Part shown: in pieces, positions 32,468-47,240 of the stretch
Layout of the letters: each line of letters begins with the position of its first letter
How positions within the stretch are numbered: the first letter of the stretch is position 1
From: Eledone cirrhosa
Taxonomy: Eukaryota
Reading direction: 5' to 3'
Assembly: GCA_964016885.1 (NCBI GenBank)
Contig: OZ024754.1
Coordinates: forward strand, 46,004,001 to 46,068,000
Length of the DNA stretch: 64,000 bases
The notes under the pieces: generated by a model
The model's database searches: none
The model's input: the letters and a program-made list of their open reading frames with translations, nothing else
Told to the model about the DNA's origin: nothing
Translations under genes and position numbers: made by a program

Positions 32468-32690
32468 GACGCGTGGCTGAGTGGTTAGAGAAATGAATTC
32501 GAAATGGTAAAGTTGTGAGATTCCTGGACCAGGTGATGCGTTATGCCCTTGAGCAGGACACTTTATTTTACGTTGCTCCTTCATTCTGGATGTGCGACCG
32601 GTAAATAGTATTAGCAATTGGAAAGACCAATGGAAACATTGTTTCCTCGGTCCGATTTGGCATGGTCTGGGATCTTGTCTTGTCGATTGA
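32468..32690 (+). mobile_element. tRNA-derived SINE, shared core, tail type B
   Basis: A-box gtggctgagtggttag; core cccttgagcaggacactttattttacgttgctcc; tail matches the reverse of 58812-58905. Confidence 0.8.
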
Positions 32691-32734
32691 CATACATGCA
32701 TACATAAATACATACATACATACATACATACATA

Positions 32735-33037
32735 ATGATGGCTGCCCCTCGTTATCGAGTATGGTCATTGCACGATATAACATTATTAATAATTATTAAT
32801 TAATTCTATCGTGCAATGCCTGTGCGTGAAGATATTTTTAAAAGTGAAGAAAGACTGTGCACTGAGCCAATCCCACTCTCTGAGCAACAGTAGCTATAAC
32901 CCGAAAAGAAGAAAAGATCAACATCATCGGTAACTACTGAGCCGCAAGTTTTATGTCGGAGTTATCCCAGTTTCCTGAGTTGCCTCTCCTAGAAGAATGC
33001 CCTGACAAAGGCTAGGGTCCTTCACTCCCAGTGGTTT
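32735..33037 (-). mobile_element. Diverged relative of the RTE-derived (TATG)-tailed element, running into the gap
   Basis: atggctgcccctcgttatcgagta...gcaatgcctgtgcgtgaag...agccaatcccactctc...tcaacatcatcgg...tctcctagaagaatgcc parallels 23831-24225. Confidence 0.7.
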
Positions 33038-33237
33038 NNNNNNNNNNNNNNNNNNNNNNNNNNNNNNNNNNNNNNNNNNNNNNNNNNNNNNNNNNNNNNN
33101 NNNNNNNNNNNNNNNNNNNNNNNNNNNNNNNNNNNNNNNNNNNNNNNNNNNNNNNNNNNNNNNNNNNNNNNNNNNNNNNNNNNNNNNNNNNNNNNNNNNN
33201 NNNNNNNNNNNNNNNNNNNNNNNNNNNNNNNNNNNNN
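33038..33237. other. Assembly gap (200 N)
   Basis: Run of n. Confidence 1.
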
Positions 33238-33326
33238 CTTGTACAACACATAGAAACCACACACTCTCACAGGTACAGTCTCATACACACACACACGCAT
33301 ATATATACATATATACATATATATAT

Positions 33327-33412
<86 letters not shown>

Positions 33413-33589
33413 ATATATGTATATATGTATATATATGCATATGTATGTAGATATACGTATGTGCGTTTATGTGTGCAGATAATATCAACGCATATAATTA
33501 TATAACCCGATATCTACACTATTATATATACACAAAATTTTACACACGATCACATTTATGTATGCATTTATTATAGGTAGCATATTACA

Positions 33590-33621
<32 letters not shown>

Positions 33622-33943
33622 TAACATATAGATAAACAAACACTATATACGTATTTAATAACATATACAATCTAACACTGATGGACGTATCATATATGTG
33701 TATATTATTATAAAGTGAAATATATATGCACACATATTCAATTATATGAGTGTGTGGGGGGGGGGGGGGGGCTAAACCATTTTATCGATTGTTCTGTGTG
33801 CTTCATTGTGTGATTGGCTTAATGTATGTGTGTGTGTGTGAGTGTAGGTGTATGTCTATGTTTGTTTAGGTATATATATATACTTCCATAAATGGGAGCA
33901 GATTTATTCATAAATATGTCCCCTCAAATACACACACGCACAC

Positions 33944-33987
<44 letters not shown>

Positions 33988-34045
33988 TATATAAAATATA
34001 TAATATATATATAATATTCAAAATATAATATAATATATATATACA

Positions 34046-34102
<57 letters not shown>

Positions 34103-34132
34103 GTATATATATTATATTATCTTTATTATATT

Positions 34133-34207
<75 letters not shown>

Positions 34208-34916
34208 GAGTGCTTACAATACATACATATATGTGTTTGATTGTTGAAGGTGGGTGTATGAGTGTTTTCAAACATTTATAGTTATATACACATGTTTACA
34301 AGATGTCTATATATAACTATTCGGCGTATATATAAATTTCACACTTCCATTCACAAGCATAGACAAGTAAATTGAGTTGAAAAGTAACTACTTAACAACC
34401 AACACTTCGGTACACGTTCTTCGATTGACAACATTATTTTCACAACTTTCTCATATTTTTTCTCTCTATCTATTCAATACTTCAAATATTTTTTTAGATA
34501 TTTTCTCATATTTATCCCTCATCCATTTTTGTTGTTGTTTTTGTTGTTGTTGATTTGTTTTGCCTTTGAATATTACGAAAGAAAATGAAGAGTTTTCAGT
34601 TTGAAAATTACCCATAGATATTGCAGTCACTTTGATGTTCATGTAAACGTTGACAACGAAACTATAAAGATATATAAATTCGTGGCAGAATTGCTTATTT
34701 AAATATTTAGATTATACATTTAAACATACGAACTCCGTGTGCGTTCAAGTGCGTATATATGTGTGTGTGTCTTTCTCCCTTACTTTATTTCCCTTCCTCT
34801 CTCTCATTGTGTATATATTTATATATATTATACACACATACACATACATATACATATATATATATGTGTGTGTGTGTGCACACATGTTTGAGTTTATATA
34901 CGACTATACACCTCAC

Positions 34917-34995
<79 letters not shown>

Positions 34996-36904
34996 TTATC
35001 GGCTCTTCCTCGTTTCCGAGTATATTTTTCCTTATTTTCAATTTTCTCATCCATGGCTGTACCTCCCATGGGTGACAAGGCCAAATTGTCGACACGGGTT
35101 ACATCTAATGGACAGTGGAGGCCTGGTTGGAGTTGGCAAAGTGTTCGGCGCATCCCTTTTTTCTGATCAGTTTTACATTGATGTCGTTAGGGTGATACCA
35201 GGCTGTTACCTGGCATCACCTTAACAACATCAGTCTTCTATATGTTGTTCCCAGGACTTAGGGTCGATGTTGGTGTTCTTCATCGTCTGCTAAGGTTAGT
35301 CTTTGTAGCGTTAAACGTAGATTTGCGAAACTCCGACGGACTTACGTACCCTTTCACATTTGTTCTACAAATCTAGTTGTTTCCGCCAAAAAAAAACGTA
35401 GAGAAAACTCCGAAGAGAGGGGCTCATCCGGGGGTGTACTACTCCCTCCGTTTCTCTGGGGAAAAAGTCGAATCTGATCATCTTACAGGTCAGATTAACA
35501 CACGAAAGAAAACGAGGTTTTCCCCGCTGAAATCGAAGGGGATATTTTTCTATAATAATACCAGTTATTACATATCTATGAAGAAGAAGAAGAAGAAGAA
35601 GAAGAAGAAGAAGAAGAAGAAGAAGAAGAAGAAGAAGAAGAAGAAGAAGAAGAAGAAGAAGAAGAAGAAGAAGAAGAAGAAGAAGAAGAAGAAGAAGAAG
35701 AAGAAGAAGAAGAAGAAGAAGAAGAAGAAGAAGAAGAAGAAGAATGGGGATGGAGGGAGGGACGTAGAAATTTATCTTTCACAGGAATTTTTCCATTTTT
35801 AAAACCCGCATTAGAAAACCTCAAAATATTATGACTAAAATCATTTATTGATTTAATTTCCTTATTGATTAGTTCGATGGTTATGCGTCTAACTGATTGA
35901 CTGATCAGCTGACTTGCTCACTAGCTAAATAATCGATTGATTTGTTTATTGTAAATAATATGTAGGTAGTTAGAGAGAAGGGGGATGGGAGTTAACTGAC
36001 AGAATCGTTATATGAGTTACGACCAATATAGTATATAATGTGGTTTTGGGATTTCCGTCAGTTTCGACGACGAGAGTTCCATGTCGGCTGCTCAAAACTC
36101 CAAAACTCCAACCAAACTACAGCAACTAATTTCCAGTTATGTTCCATATCCGTTTGTAATCCTACACTTCACATGACAATATATTTTCATTGTGTATATA
36201 TGAACCCGTGCCTCTTTATGAAGTCGTAGGGGGCTGCCGTGGCATACAGCGTGCCTTAAGCATTCATAACCTGACAGAGTTCATCCTTTCTCCAGGTATG
36301 AACAGAGCCGACGTCTTCCAGAGAAGAAGGTTAAAATGCCCAAGAAATGCCGTATGACAATACGACGCCCCTACCACTCTATCAAGAGTTACGGGACCAT
36401 ACATACATACACACATATATGCATCATGAGAGACGACTAAAAGGGAAGAGCTTCCGGTCTTAAATACTTCCTAAAAGGGTAAATATAATGAGCACGATTC
36501 AAGATGAAGAAGATTCTCATAGGGCCAACATGTCTAACCACCGCTTTAGTTAGGAGCATAATCTTAATATGGTTGTTGCTATAGTTGATATTGTTGTTGT
36601 TTTTATAGTCACAACTGGAATACCTCCTCTCAGTATTATTGTCTCCAAGGAGAGGAAAAAGTGTCATTTGGTTCAGGAATATTGATTCTCTCAATATTGC
36701 TGTCTCCAAGCAATTCAGAAAATAGCTTAAATTAACCTTCATAAAAACACAAAAAAAATTTCAAAAAAGGTCTTGAATTTTAAATCAAATTTTACGCTTG
36801 CATTTATATATTTTCGAAGAAAATATTATTTTTTTAAACACTGTACTAATTTACATAATTGTTCTAAATAAATTACTTGTTCTAATCAGTAATTTGTTCC
36901 AATG

Positions 36905-37360
36905 TTTATTGCATTCCTTGGAGGTATACTATATTCTTAGTTGTTTTCTGTTTGAAGCTAAAAAGAGCAAATTTATGCTGTTTCCAAATCTAAAAAAAAA
37001 GCAACTTAATATTGACCATGGGAAAATCCATGGGGGTCCAATGTGATTCTTGGAACTTTGAGGCGTTGATGTTCATTGCAAATAAATAGCGTAGTGGAAA
37101 CTGAAGTCGTTTAAATTTGAAGGATACGTCAATCAGAATCAATGAAGGTTTTGCAATGAAAACATGTTCGGCCTTGGAACAATCTATCAAATTTGTTGCT
37201 TCAATGACGTGTGAAAGCCTTTTTCCTTACCACCAGGTGAGTCCATTGCAAAATCAAGAATCATATCAGTTTTTTAATGGTGGGAGCGGAGTGAGACTTC
37301 GTTTAAGAATAACCCATATGGTGTGAATCCAGAAATTTGCAGGGAATTTAAAACCTATAT
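36905..37360 (-). pseudogene. Helitron RepHel Pif1-family helicase C-terminal remnant
   Basis: Broken frames give FCNG..LVV...HVIEAT, HVFIAKPSLILIDVSFKFKRLQFPLRYLFAMNIN, FSHGQY*VA..RFG and KTTKNIVY. These match the Helitron motifs LCNGTRL, FKRLQFP.RL.FAMTINKSQG, FSHGQLYVA.SRV and TKNIVY. Confidence 0.88.
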
Positions 37361-37373
37361 AGGATAATCAATA

Positions 37374-37525
37374 GGCGGCGAATTGGCAGAGTCGTTAGAT
37401 AGTCACATAAAATTCTATGCAGCATTCGTTTAGGCTCTCTACATTCTGAGTTCAAAATCCGTCACAAACACCTTTGTCTGTAATCCTAGGGAGGTCGGTA
37501 AAAAATTAGCAGTCTAATACTGGGT
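37374..37525 (+). mobile_element. Main-family SINE with intact tRNA-like head
   Basis: ggcggcgaattggcagagtcgttag...ttctgagttcaaaatcc. Confidence 0.75.
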
Positions 37526-37669
37526 CTAATATTTAATTTAGTATTACTACTGCTGTTACTAACAACGTTGGTATACTAAGTCTAATAATGAACTTCTATA
37601 CTTGTATACTTCCATTTACTTAGGGTAGGGGAAGGAGCTTTCTTCAAACTTTTCATGAGAGATCGAAAG

Positions 37670-37760
<91 letters not shown>

Positions 37761-37787
37761 TGAATGGATGGATAGACAGATAGATCA

Positions 37788-37840
<53 letters not shown>

Positions 37841-38042
37841 AGAAAAGAATGAAAGAAAAAAGAAAGGAAGAAAAGAATAAGATTAGTTAAGAAGTGGTTA
37901 CTTTCTCTTTCTTCTATGTAAACAGCTTGAAAAACCCCAGAGGGTGGAAAATTTGAATTAAACGAGTTTAAAACGTCGGCCATTTTACATCGATTTTCAT
38001 TCTCTGACAGCGACACGTCAGCACGGAAGACAGTTCACTACT

Positions 38043-38124
<82 letters not shown>

Positions 38125-38320
38125 GGTGGTGGTGTTTTCAGTGGTGGTGATGATGATGATGATGCTGTTGTTGGTGCTGCTACTGTTGCTGCTGCTACTA
38201 CTACTACTACTACTACTGCTGCTGGTGATGGTGCTGCTATTGTTGTTGAAGTCTCCAGATTTCAAGTTAATCTCCCGGTTTCTGTTAAGTCAGCTACATT
38301 CAGTTTCTATTGACTACAAC

Positions 38321-38419
38321 TGGCCTCACTCCACTCATAACCTAATACTTCTGGCCTCACTCCACTCATAACAACAAAATACTCCTAGCCTCACTCCACT
38401 CATAACAACCTAATACTTC

Positions 38420-38420
<1 letters not shown>
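38321..38420. repeat. ~31-bp minisatellite x3
   Basis: ggcctcactccactcataac(aac)ctaatacttct repeated. Confidence 0.85.
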
Positions 38421-38454
<34 letters not shown>

Positions 38455-38586
38455 GTGATGGTGATAGTGGTGATGATGATGTGATAGTGGTGATGATGAT
38501 GATAGTGATAGTGATGCTGATGGTGATAGTGGTGATAATGATGGTAATGGTGGTAATGATGATGATGATGATGGTGGGGATAGTAG

Positions 38587-38617
<31 letters not shown>

Positions 38618-38844
38618 GATGGAGATGGCGATGATGATGGTGATGGTGATGGTGATGGTGATGGTGGTGGTGATGGTGATAGTGATAGTGATGGTGATGG
38701 TGATGGTGATGGTGATAGTAAGAAGATATAAGGCAGAGATAGGTTAGGGCTATCTTATAACCTGGACAATGTTTTCGTTTCATTAAACACTCCATTGTAT
38801 GACGATCTTTTAATAGATGTATTGATAGCAATTATATCACTAGA

Positions 38845-38882
<38 letters not shown>

Positions 38883-38901
38883 TCTCCCTCTCTCTCTCTC
38901 T

Positions 38902-39024
<123 letters not shown>

Positions 39025-39167
39025 ATATATAGTGTGTATACATATATATATACATATAACTTTGTGTCTATATATGGCAATCCGTCAGTTTGCCATGCTA
39101 TGTAGTTGCCTATGTATCTCTATTTTAACTAACACATATATTTATATACATATATATATCTATATAG

Positions 39168-39302
<135 letters not shown>

Positions 39303-39611
39303 TACACCTCAATTACGCTTTATCTCTTAATATGAAAATCACACACAGGCTCAACAAAGTTTCGGGCGACATGATTTTAAATGGTAAAGACATCAAGAGT
39401 GGATAATAAACAGATGGTAAAGACAGGGTAATTAGTTTCTGTTAAACGGATGGAAGGACAGTTGGCTTGTAGGTTATATCACTACACTAACCGGTTGTCC
39501 ATTGGCGAATGGCAAATAGAGGACTGTACATGGCTGAAGACTTTCATAGAAACATCAGCGAGATAGATATATATCTCCGAGCTTGAACTGATGTGCGGCA
39601 ACATACACACT

Positions 39612-39666
<55 letters not shown>

Positions 39667-39710
39667 ATACATATATATATATATGTATATATATAAAGAG
39701 GAAAATGCGA

Positions 39711-39741
<31 letters not shown>

Positions 39742-39840
39742 CTGTATATATATTTACAGATATATATATACATATGTATATATATACATATATATATATA
39801 CATGTGCATATATATATACGTGTATATACAGTATATACAG

Positions 39841-39887
<47 letters not shown>

Positions 39888-39988
39888 CATATATATATAT
39901 ACATATATATACATATGTATATATATAACCAAAATTAAATTAAGGATGTCATGTCTTAGAAACATGCGCCACAACCTCTCTCTCTCTC

Positions 39989-40190
<202 letters not shown>

Positions 40191-40469
40191 AGATCATAGA
40201 CACAGAATGCATTGTCACAGAAATTATTTAAATCAATATTTTAATCGTAAGTGGGTGGGAACCGTGTTATAATGGCAGACAGCTGTCTATGTGATGGGTA
40301 TGTCCTTCAACCATAATGTCGTCATTTCGTTCATATCCTACTCCGAGGGATTTTACGGCAGTCTTTCAATGAATGTATCTTTTTAACGTCATTTACGATT
40401 CAATTATATTATTTCTTGCCAGTCCTACATAGCTGTAAATGTATGCTATGATTAATGTGTCTCCGTATC

Positions 40470-40710
40470 TGTAAGCAGCAGGAGAATAGTAACCCTGGCG
40501 TGTGTGTGTGCGTGTGTTTATTGTGTTGGGACTGTAAGCAGTAGGACCACAGTAAACCTGACGTGTGTGTACTTGCTGTGTTATGATTCTACGTAGCAGG
40601 AACATAGTAAAATTGACGTGCGTTTTCTTTCTGTGTTGAGGTAGTTAAAATAGTAGGAACACCGTAAAACTAACGAGTGTGTGTCTCATGCTGTGCTTAG
40701 GCTGTAGAAG
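40470..40710. repeat. Diverged ~60-bp tandem repeat x4
   Basis: ag(c/t)agga..a.agtaaa..tgacgtg...ctgtgtt repeated. Confidence 0.65.
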
Positions 40711-40876
40711 TTATAACAGTCATGGGACCGCGACTCGCATACGACCCGTTTGGTTTTCCTGAATGGCAGGCTTAATTTAACTGTTTTCTCACTTTCTGAA
40801 ATCAAAACGATGTAAGTTGACATCAAACAAAAGACAAAACATGAAATGAAATAATAACGGTAAGAAGTAGTGTACA

Positions 40877-40989
40877 TTTTTTATCGACCATGAATGGATG
40901 AAAGGCGAAGTTGACCTCGGCGGGATTTGAACTCAGAGAGACGAAAGAATTCTATCCGAAGTTCTAACGACTCTGCCAAATTGCCGCCT
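40877..40989 (-). mobile_element. Main-family SINE, internally deleted
   Basis: tttatcgacc..gaatggatgaaaggcgaagttgacctcggcgggatttgaactcag...ctaacgactctgccaaattgccgcc. Confidence 0.85.
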
Positions 40990-41484
40990 ATGTGATGAAT
41001 GAAACTAATCTTGTAATCAACACGATTGTTTCTATTCGTTAGCATGAACTGTTAGAAATCGCAGCCAAACTATCCCTCAAATCTCACCCTACAGTCATTA
41101 GAAAATGTAATCCTTTGGTGATGGTGCTACTGAAATAGAGATGGCTTCGTAAGAAACAACGACAACTAATTTACATTGACGCCTGAATGCAGAGCCGGTA
41201 ACGTAATAATAAATTGTATCAACAATATTGACTCCACCATCCAGCCGTATTTCTCCATAATGTTTATTCTACGAACATATTTAAATAAATCCGTTCCGCT
41301 TTAGTTGCTTCAAAATATTGGATAGCTAAACTGAACAAATATCTGTGTAGCTAAAGGATGGATTTTAGTATTACATCGATCATATTCCACGTGATATATG
41401 TCGAACGAGCAAATATGATCATTAATTATTATTAGTTAATCGTGTTTTTGTATAATAACGATTTCTTACATTGATGGCTACAAC

Positions 41485-41675
41485 ATGGCGGAATGGTTAA
41501 GGAGTTCGCTTCACAATCATTAAATCTCATGTTCGATCCCAGTGCAAGTGTCATTTATCATAGCTTCGGCTCAACCCAAGCCTTGTGAGTTACATTGAGG
41601 CCCGTCCGATGGAATCTAGCAGAAATTCCAATGGTCAGCCTTGTCACACTCTGTCACGCTGAATGTCCTTGACAA
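41485..41675 (+). mobile_element. tRNA-derived CORE-like SINE
   Basis: A-box tggcggaatggttaagg, B-box gttcgatccc, caagccttgtgag. The tail gccttgtcacactctgtcacgctgaat resembles 63088-63115. Confidence 0.65.
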
Positions 41676-41709
41676 TTTACAAACGAATCGAACATTATTA
41701 TAATGTACG

Positions 41710-41793
<84 letters not shown>

Positions 41794-41855
41794 AAAAGGC
41801 AAACAGAAATAAGAAAGCAATATATTATTAGTTTTACGCTTGATATAGTAGAAAA

Positions 41856-41896
41856 AGAGTCTTAACGTTTCGGATGCCAGTCCTTCATCAGGAAAT
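41856..41896 (-). ncRNA. Minimal type I hammerhead ribozyme motif in a pLTR-like fragment (41793-42000)
   Basis: Minus strand reads CTGATGA-a-gga-ctggca-tcc-GAAA-CG-TTA-agac with palindromic AACGTT. Stem I is eroded. Confidence 0.65.
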
Positions 41897-42088
41897 AGAA
41901 TGAGAAATTAAAGAAGCAGTAGAAAGATTGAGGGTACGGGTAGTGGTAGAAATGCAAACAAATTGGGGTAGGGGAGAAATGTGTTTGAGGTGGGGAAGAT
42001 TTATAGCCATTTAGTGTGACCCCGGCACCTGACTGGTAGGTAGGGTTGATCTTAACAGTATTTGGACTCTGAACATAACGTAATTAAA

Positions 42089-42223
42089 CATCCAACACCA
42101 TTTTGTCTAACACTCTCCTAACCCAAGGTGACATCCAACACACCATTTTGTCTGACACTCTCCCAACCCAAGGTGAAATCCAACACACCATTTTGTCTGA
42201 TACTCTCCCAACCCAAGGTGACA
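42089..42223. repeat. 45-bp tandem repeat x3
   Basis: atccaacacaccattttgtctgacactctcccaacccaaggtga repeated. Confidence 0.9.
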
Positions 42224-42879
42224 TTGCCAATCCAGTGCAGCTGCTTTTGAGAAATAGAAAGGATTTGGTAATTTTTTTAAGTCGGATCGAATCAAGGAAA
42301 GTTTCAGTTAATTCCTTCCAACTCCTAAATCTTCCCAACCAAATATTTGGGGTATTTTTAAATGAGACCTTTGAGCTCTTTTATATTTTCTTTTCCCCTT
42401 TCTTTCTGGCTTTCTTTCGAGCATCTTTGTTTATTTTGCTCTTTCTTTCTTTCCTTCCTTTGTCATTCTTTTGTCGTGTGATGTTATTTGTATGTTTGTT
42501 GTTGTTGTTGGTTTTTTTAAATTTCCTTTGGCTGAAAACGAGGAATTTGATCGATGTCTTTGATGTCAAGTGTGTTATTGAAATGTGGTTTTATGAGATT
42601 TCATTTCAGTGTTAATGAAATGAAGAAGGGGTGAGGAGGGTGGGAGGGGAGCGAAATAAAACTAAAGCAAAGAATTCTTCTGGCGGCAATACAGGTTGTT
42701 AAGCAAGATGAAGCAATTTCGTCGCTCACTGACATGATATTAAGAACAACTGCAATAATGGATATGACTGCTGTAATATTAAGAAAGACACTTGTAGTAT
42801 TGAGAAAGACAACTGCGACATTCAGAATAAAAGGTGTTAGTTTGTTTTTTAGTTTTTTGTTTCAAAAGAAAAAATTTCG

Positions 42880-43412
42880 TATTGGGGACTGTTGCCGTAT
42901 TAAGAAGGACAGTTGCTGCCTTAAGAAGGACAGTGCCATATTAGGGACAGTCGCCATATTAGGAACAGTCACCATATTAGGGACAGTCGCCATATAAGGG
43001 ACAGTCGCCATATGAGGGACAGTCGCCATATTAGGGACAGTCGCCATATAAGGGACAGTCGCCATATCAGGGACAGTCGCCATATTAGGGACAGTCGCCA
43101 TATAAGGGACAGTCGCCATATGAGGGACAGTCACCATATTAGGGACAGTCGCCATATAAGGGACAGTCGCCATATCAGGGACAGTCGCCATATTAGGGAT
43201 AGTCGCTGTATAGAGTAGAAACACCTATATTGAAAACAATTGTTATATTAAGATAACTGTTATATTAAGAAAGATAACTGTTATATTGATAAGGGTAACT
43301 GTTAAATTAAGAAGGATAACTGTTATAGTGAGAAAGATAACTGTTATATTGAGAGCGATAACTGTTATATTGATAAGGATGACTGTTATATTGAGAAAGA
43401 TAACTGTTATAT
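42880..43412. repeat. Compound minisatellite: 18-bp agggacagtcgccatatt x~15 between degenerate 21-bp gataactgttatattgagaaa units
   Basis: Direct reading. This repeat explains the MATVPN/IRDSRH pseudo-ORFs. Confidence 0.92.
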
Positions 43413-43710
43413 AAACACATTTATAATGATGACAGATGTTATGTTGGAGAGAATATGTGAAAAGATTAGGACAAAATAGAGTCGATAAAAAGTCAAATTA
43501 AATATATTTCTCAGGACCTCTGGACGCTGTGTTCAAATCACGCTGAGGCCAGCTTTTCGTCCTTTTGATAACTAATGCACCAATCCAGGAGAGGTGAATT
43601 GGTATAATCATTAAAGAGCCATACATGATGTTTTCTGACTGCATCGTTCCCCTGTATTCTTTTTCCATTTACCTTTCGCATATACATACATACAAATATG
43701 CATATATATG

Positions 43711-43795
<85 letters not shown>

Positions 43796-45051
43796 CTTGC
43801 ACCCCATATTAATCTTGGATACATACTGCCGACGTGGAGTACTTAAACCTGCTTATTTCAATTTGTTGATTGAGATGATTCGAACGCAACACACAAATAA
43901 ACATTCAAATAAATAACAACAACTATATATATGTGTGGGTGTGTGTGTGCACACCACACACACACATATATGCAAATTCATGTTGACATAAGCATATATA
44001 ATGTATGTGTATACAAATATACATGTATCTACGTATGCATAGACATACATGCATATTTGTATGCGTATATATATGTGTATATATATATATATAAACATGT
44101 ACATGGGTGTGCTTGTAGCATGATATGAGGAGATACTAAAAGAGAATATCATTAGTAGAGGTCGATGTTTTGTTTCACTTCGAGTTTGTTTGTTTGTTTG
44201 TTTTTATCCTTTTATCGGCTGCTATTGCTTGTTGGCGGTAAAAACCACAGTCAGTCACTCATCGTGTTTAAAAATGCATACACAGGCGCCGTATTTGGTT
44301 AAACATTCTACTGTTTGAATGGAAACATTTTGTTTTTGAATAAATATTGTGTGTTTGACTAAATATTAGCTATTAAGAAGTTAAAGTTTGCCACATCACT
44401 CCGACTGGGTGTGTTTGGAGATGACCGCTGCTTCTCATCATTTTGTTTCGTGTTTCTGTAGAACGGCAACTTTTAAACAAATGTTTGGATATAAGCATTG
44501 TTATTGTTGTGTGGTGGTGTTTGATAATGTTGGTATGGATGGCTGGCTTTGAGTGGGGGGTGTCTGTTTCTTTGTCTGTCGTTATTTGTTGATGACTTTG
44601 ATGATGATGGTGATGGTCGTGGTGGTGATGGTGGTGGTGGAGGTGGGAGGGGTCGTGGTAGTGCTGGTGATTGTGAAGATGGTGGTGATAGTGATGATGT
44701 CAATTGTGATGGTGATGGTGATAGTGATGGTGATGGTGAAGATGATGGTGATAATGAAGATAATGATGATGATGGTGATGGTGATCATGATATTGATGAT
44801 GGTGATGATGATGATGATATTCATGATAATCATAGTGATGAAGATGCTGATGGTGATGGTGATGGTGAAAACGACAGTGATGGTGATAGTGATGAGAGTG
44901 AATGTAATGGTGGATGATAGTGGTGTTGTTGATAATGATGATACTTGTTATGATGATGATGATAGTTATATGGTCATTGAGATGATGTTTGCTGTGTATG
45001 CATGTATATAGTACGTACATATACATATACACTGTATATATATATACATTG

Positions 45052-45131
<80 letters not shown>

Positions 45132-45394
45132 TGTGTGTGTGTATCTATATGTATGAGGTGTGATGATTTTCTTAGTGTATGCGTGTATATACTTATATAT
45201 ATGTGTGTGTGTGTTTGTGTGTGTGTGTGTATGTGAGGTTGCATGAATGAGGTGTAGCCTGTGTGTTAATGTATTCTGATTTTATTGTTAAGATTGGGGA
45301 CAGTCGTCATGGTAATGTCACCTGATAATGGTGGTAGGTGGGGTAATGATAATTATGGTGGTAATGATAGTAGTGATGGTGTGGTAATGATACA

Positions 45395-45453
<59 letters not shown>

Positions 45454-45456
<3 letters not shown>

Positions 45457-45500
45457 TAGTAACACAACAGTTAGTAGAACTAACTGTTGTGTTACTACTT
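45454..45500. repeat. Perfect 21-bp-arm hairpin beside (TA)n
   Basis: aagtagtaacacaacagttag-tagaa-ctaactgttgtgttactactt, followed by cGAAACTCGTC. Confidence 0.85.
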
Positions 45501-45637
45501 CTACGAAACTCGTCCCATGGACTGAGTGCTCTACTACTACTACGGATATTACCTTCCAGTGTTCTACCTTTATATATATATATTAATTTTAGTCTTCAAA
45601 TTTATTATTATTACTATATATATATATGTGTGCGCGC

Positions 45638-45805
<168 letters not shown>

Positions 45806-46500
45806 ATTGTGAGTGTATGTGTTATTGTGTAGACATACAGTGTCATATCATTCTTACAAATTACATTTATAACAACTGTTGCTTTACCGCATGCAATTAT
45901 ATTTTCATACATAATTTAATATTTTAACTATTATCTTTTTTCAATTGATATCCACAAAATTTTCCATAATGCATAATGTATGAAGGACTCCATGTATTTG
46001 GTTCATAAACACACCTCTACCCTCAAATCTATTTATAATACCAACATTGTACTGAACTAAAATACCAAACACGAGTTTTTTTAATTTGCCAATTGTTGTT
46101 AATCCTTAAACTTACCAGTTATTTTGACATGGAATGTGATTCGGTGATCTGATTACAGTTATAAAAATACTAATAATGAACAGGTAGCTAGAATACACTA
46201 GATTATTTTTAGCTTTAAACAGATCAATAGTTATTTGCTAGGCAGCTATTATTATTAGCTATATTGTCTTAACGTTAGCTAGATCTAGCTAGGATATAGC
46301 TACATTGGTAACATAGGATGTCCCCGCTTTAGATGAAGACGTTAACAGTGTAAGCGAAATAAAATTACAGGAAGCAAAACTTAGAATTGACTGTTGATCA
46401 CGATATAACATGCTATATACTATGTTTCTAGTTTTGCAGTTAATATGGGGGCTTAGTTTACAGATTATGCATTTCTTATCTATACAGGGAGGTCTTTGAA

Positions 46501-47240
46501 CTAGAGAGACACATACAACACTTCATCCACCGTATGCAGTTCTCTGGTTACAATCAGAGAGATAAAATCAGAGTATATAGAGAAACCAGAACCAAATGGG
46601 AAAATGTGGCAAATAATGATACAAATGGGACCTGCCCCCTTGTATAGGAGCACATTTTGGAATAGAATAGAAATAACTAGGAATAAGGTTAATAGAATAA
46701 ACTCATGGTATGATAGCAATAAATACCAGAGTGTAATGTTCATCAATACAACCCCTAGAGGTGAACTAGCTTACAAATTTAGAAGGGCCCTAGATAAACT
46801 TAAACTAAATATTAAGATAGTGGAAAGACCAGGTACCTCCATAAAAACACTTATTAGTAATACATACCCTTTTCAAAGACCTCCCTGTATAGATAAGAAA
46901 TGCATAATCTGTAAACTAAGCCCCCATATTAACTGCAAAACTAGAAACATAGTATATAGCATAAGATGTACTGAGGGACAATGTAAAGATAAGAATATAG
47001 TGTACATAGGTGAGACAGCTCGTAGTATAGGAGAACGATTAAATGAACACTGGCGAGAGCTTCAAGATAGAAAAGAATCATCAGTACTCCACCAAGATGC
47101 TAAAATAGAACATAAGGGCAAATTAGAGAACATAGAAATAAAATTAAAATCTACACATAGAAAAGACGCAATGTTTAGACAAACACAGAGGCAATAAACA
47201 TAAATGAACTCCAACCAAAATTAAATAGAAAACATGAATA
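46501..47240 (+). pseudogene. Penelope-like retroelement ORF remnant: RT thumb, Cys-rich linker and GIY-YIG endonuclease (two frameshifts)
   Basis: 46501 frame: LERHIQHFIHRMQFSGY...GTCPLYRS. ORF 46604-47197: ...IKIVERPGTSI...PF...CIDKKCIIC...NCKTRNIVYSIRC...C...YIGETARSIGERLNEH. Shifted tail: TEAINI...PKLNRKHE*. Confidence 0.92.

Noticed and set aside
37374-37460. tRNA gene candidates (also 32468, 41485, 62930)
   Set aside because: A/B boxes are present but run into SINE bodies and no intact cloverleaf forms.
42862-43224. Repeat-protein ORFs MATVPN / IRDSRH
   Set aside because: By-product of an 18-bp minisatellite lacking stop codons.
46328-46366. agatgaag...cgaaat upstream of the PLE ORF as a hammerhead (similarly ctgcgagg...gaaatcgatgta near 59653)
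   Set aside because: Core mismatches and no convincing stems.
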